Shown here: piece by piece, positions 62,596 through 64,000 of the stretch
How positions within the stretch are numbered: the first letter of the stretch is position 1
Layout of the letters: every line of letters starts with the position of its first letter
The notes under the pieces: generated by a model
The model's database searches: none
What the model was told of the DNA's origin: nothing
Seen by the model: the letters and a program-made list of their open reading frames with translations, nothing else
Program-made: the position numbers and the translations under genes
NCBI RefSeq assembly: GCF_013315695.1
Contig: NZ_CP054353.1
Source of the DNA: Escherichia coli
GTDB taxonomy: Bacteria; Pseudomonadota; Gammaproteobacteria; Enterobacterales; Enterobacteriaceae
DNA: 64,000 bases
Reading direction: 5' to 3' (one strand)

Positions 62596-63957
62596 TCAGA
62601 AGAACAGTGACGGATCGCCCGCCCGTTTGGTCAGGCGACCGTTTGCCATAATGCCCATGCTTTCCAGCCAGCGTTCAAACTCCGGTGACGGGCGCAGGTT
62701 GAGTAACTGACGCACAGTGGCAGTGTCGTGGAATGCGGTGGTCTGATAGTTGAGCATGATGTCATCACCCAGCGGCATCCCCATGATGTAGTTGCAGCCT
62801 GCGGTGGCGAGCAGGATCATCAGGTTTTCGTTGAGGTTCTGGTCAGCGTCAGCGTGGTTGGTGTAGCAGCAGTCACAGCCCATAGAGATGCCGCTCAGCT
62901 TGCCCATAAAGTGATCTTCTAAGCCCGCGCGGATAATCTGGCGGTCGTTGTAGAGATACTCCGGCCCAATAAAACCGACCACGGTGTTGACGATAAACGG
63001 ATCGTAATGACGCGCCAGCCCATAGTTACGCGCTTCCATCGTCACCTGGTCAGCGCCGAAGTTAGCGCCAGCAGACAGCGCCGAACCTTGTCCGGTTTCG
63101 AAGTAGAGGCAGTTTTCCCCAGCGATACGGTTAAACTCTGCACCCACTGCGCGCGCTTCGTCGAGCATCGCCAGCTCCACGCCAAACTCTTTCAGCCCTT
63201 TTTCGCTGCCGCAAATACTCTGGAAAATCAGCCCGCCCGGTGCGCCGCGACGAATCGCTTCGATCTGGGTGGTGACGTGCGCCAGTACGCAGCCCTGAGT
63301 TGGGATGTTGAATTTGTCGATCACGCCATAGATGGTATCCAACACGCGGCTTAAGTTTTCCACGTCGTCCGTCACCGGGTTAACGCCGATCACCGCATCG
63401 CCCACCCCGAAGGAAAGCCCTTCGTAGATTTGCGCGGCGATACTTTGCACATCGTCACGGGTATCGTTTGGCTGCAAGCGGGCGCTAAAGGTGCCCGGAA
63501 TACCGATGGTGGTATTGGCCTTTTTGATCACCGGCATTTTCTTCGCGCCGTAGATCAGGTCCGCGTTAGAACTGATCTTCGCCACCGCCGCGACCACTTC
63601 CGAGGTCAGCCCTTTGCGGGTAAAGGCAATGTCGTCAACGCTGGTTTCGTCGCTCAGGACGTATTCACGCAGTTCGCTGATGCTCCAGTTTTTAATCTGG
63701 TTGTAGGCCGTTTCGTTAACATCGTCCTGAATCAGCCGCGTCACGCAGTCATCTTCATAGGCAATCACCGGATTATTGCGGATGTCCGCTACGGTCATTT
63801 CCGACAACACCTGCTTTGCCGCCACGCGCTCCTGTGAACTTGCCGCTGCAACGCCTGCCAGCACATCCCCCGAACGCAGTTCGTTGGCTTTAGCCAGCAC
63901 CTCTTTTACATCCTTAAACTGATATACATTGCCGAACAATGTGGTCTTTAGTTTCAT
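62596..63957 (-). CDS. eutB: ethanolamine ammonia-lyase large subunit, 453 aa
   Basis: Full-length EutB; ATG at 63957 with GAGGGA upstream. Confidence 0.95.
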   Translation of the reverse strand: MKLKTTLFGNVYQFKDVKEVLAKANELRSGDVLAGVAAASSQERVAAKQVLSEMTVADIRNNPVIAYEDDCVTRLIQDDVNETAYNQIKNWSISELREYVLSDETSVDDIAFTRKGLTSEVVAAVAKISSNADLIYGAKKMPVIKKANTTIGIPGTFSARLQPNDTRDDVQSIAAQIYEGLSFGVGDAVIGVNPVTDDVENLSRVLDTIYGVIDKFNIPTQGCVLAHVTTQIEAIRRGAPGGLIFQSICGSEKGLKEFGVELAMLDEARAVGAEFNRIAGENCLYFETGQGSALSAGANFGADQVTMEARNYGLARHYDPFIVNTVVGFIGPEYLYNDRQIIRAGLEDHFMGKLSGISMGCDCCYTNHADADQNLNENLMILLATAGCNYIMGMPLGDDIMLNYQTTAFHDTATVRQLLNLRPSPEFERWLESMGIMANGRLTKRAGDPSLFF

Positions 63958-63969
63958 AAGTCGTTCCCT

Positions 63970-64000
63970 CAGGAAGGAAATGCGAGTGATTTCACCGTCA
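63970..64000 (-). CDS. eutA: 3' end of an upstream minus-strand gene (probably eutA), partial
   Basis: Minus-strand frame open from the window edge to a TGA at 63972-63970, 12 bp before the eutB start; identity inferred only from eut operon order. Confidence 0.3.

Overview
This 64-kb window is an Escherichia coli chromosomal segment, gene-for-gene collinear with the K-12 lpxP-to-eutB interval. It is almost entirely core housekeeping genes (about 70 CDS and 5 tRNA genes). The accessory content is two insertion sequences. One is a complete 1426-bp IS4 with a 13-bp target duplication, sitting in the loop of the shared nupC/pdeA terminator. The other is an IS200/IS605-family element between yfeD and gltX that keeps an apparently intact 402-aa TnpB (RuvC-like RNA-guided nuclease family) while its TnpA is broken by a -1 frameshift and an in-frame TGA. 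This TnpB element is the most interesting feature in the window, but it belongs to a described family rather than a new system. Four further differences from the K-12 MG1655 reference rest on my memory of that genome only: IS4 rather than IS186 at the nupC site, two rather than three tandem tRNA-Val genes, no yfeS between yfeK and cysM, and eutA apparently abutting eutB with no prophage. No CRISPR array, rRNA or defence island was seen. Gene calls come from reading the ORF-track proteins; start codons were chosen by eye with Shine-Dalgarno checks. No database search or alignment was run.
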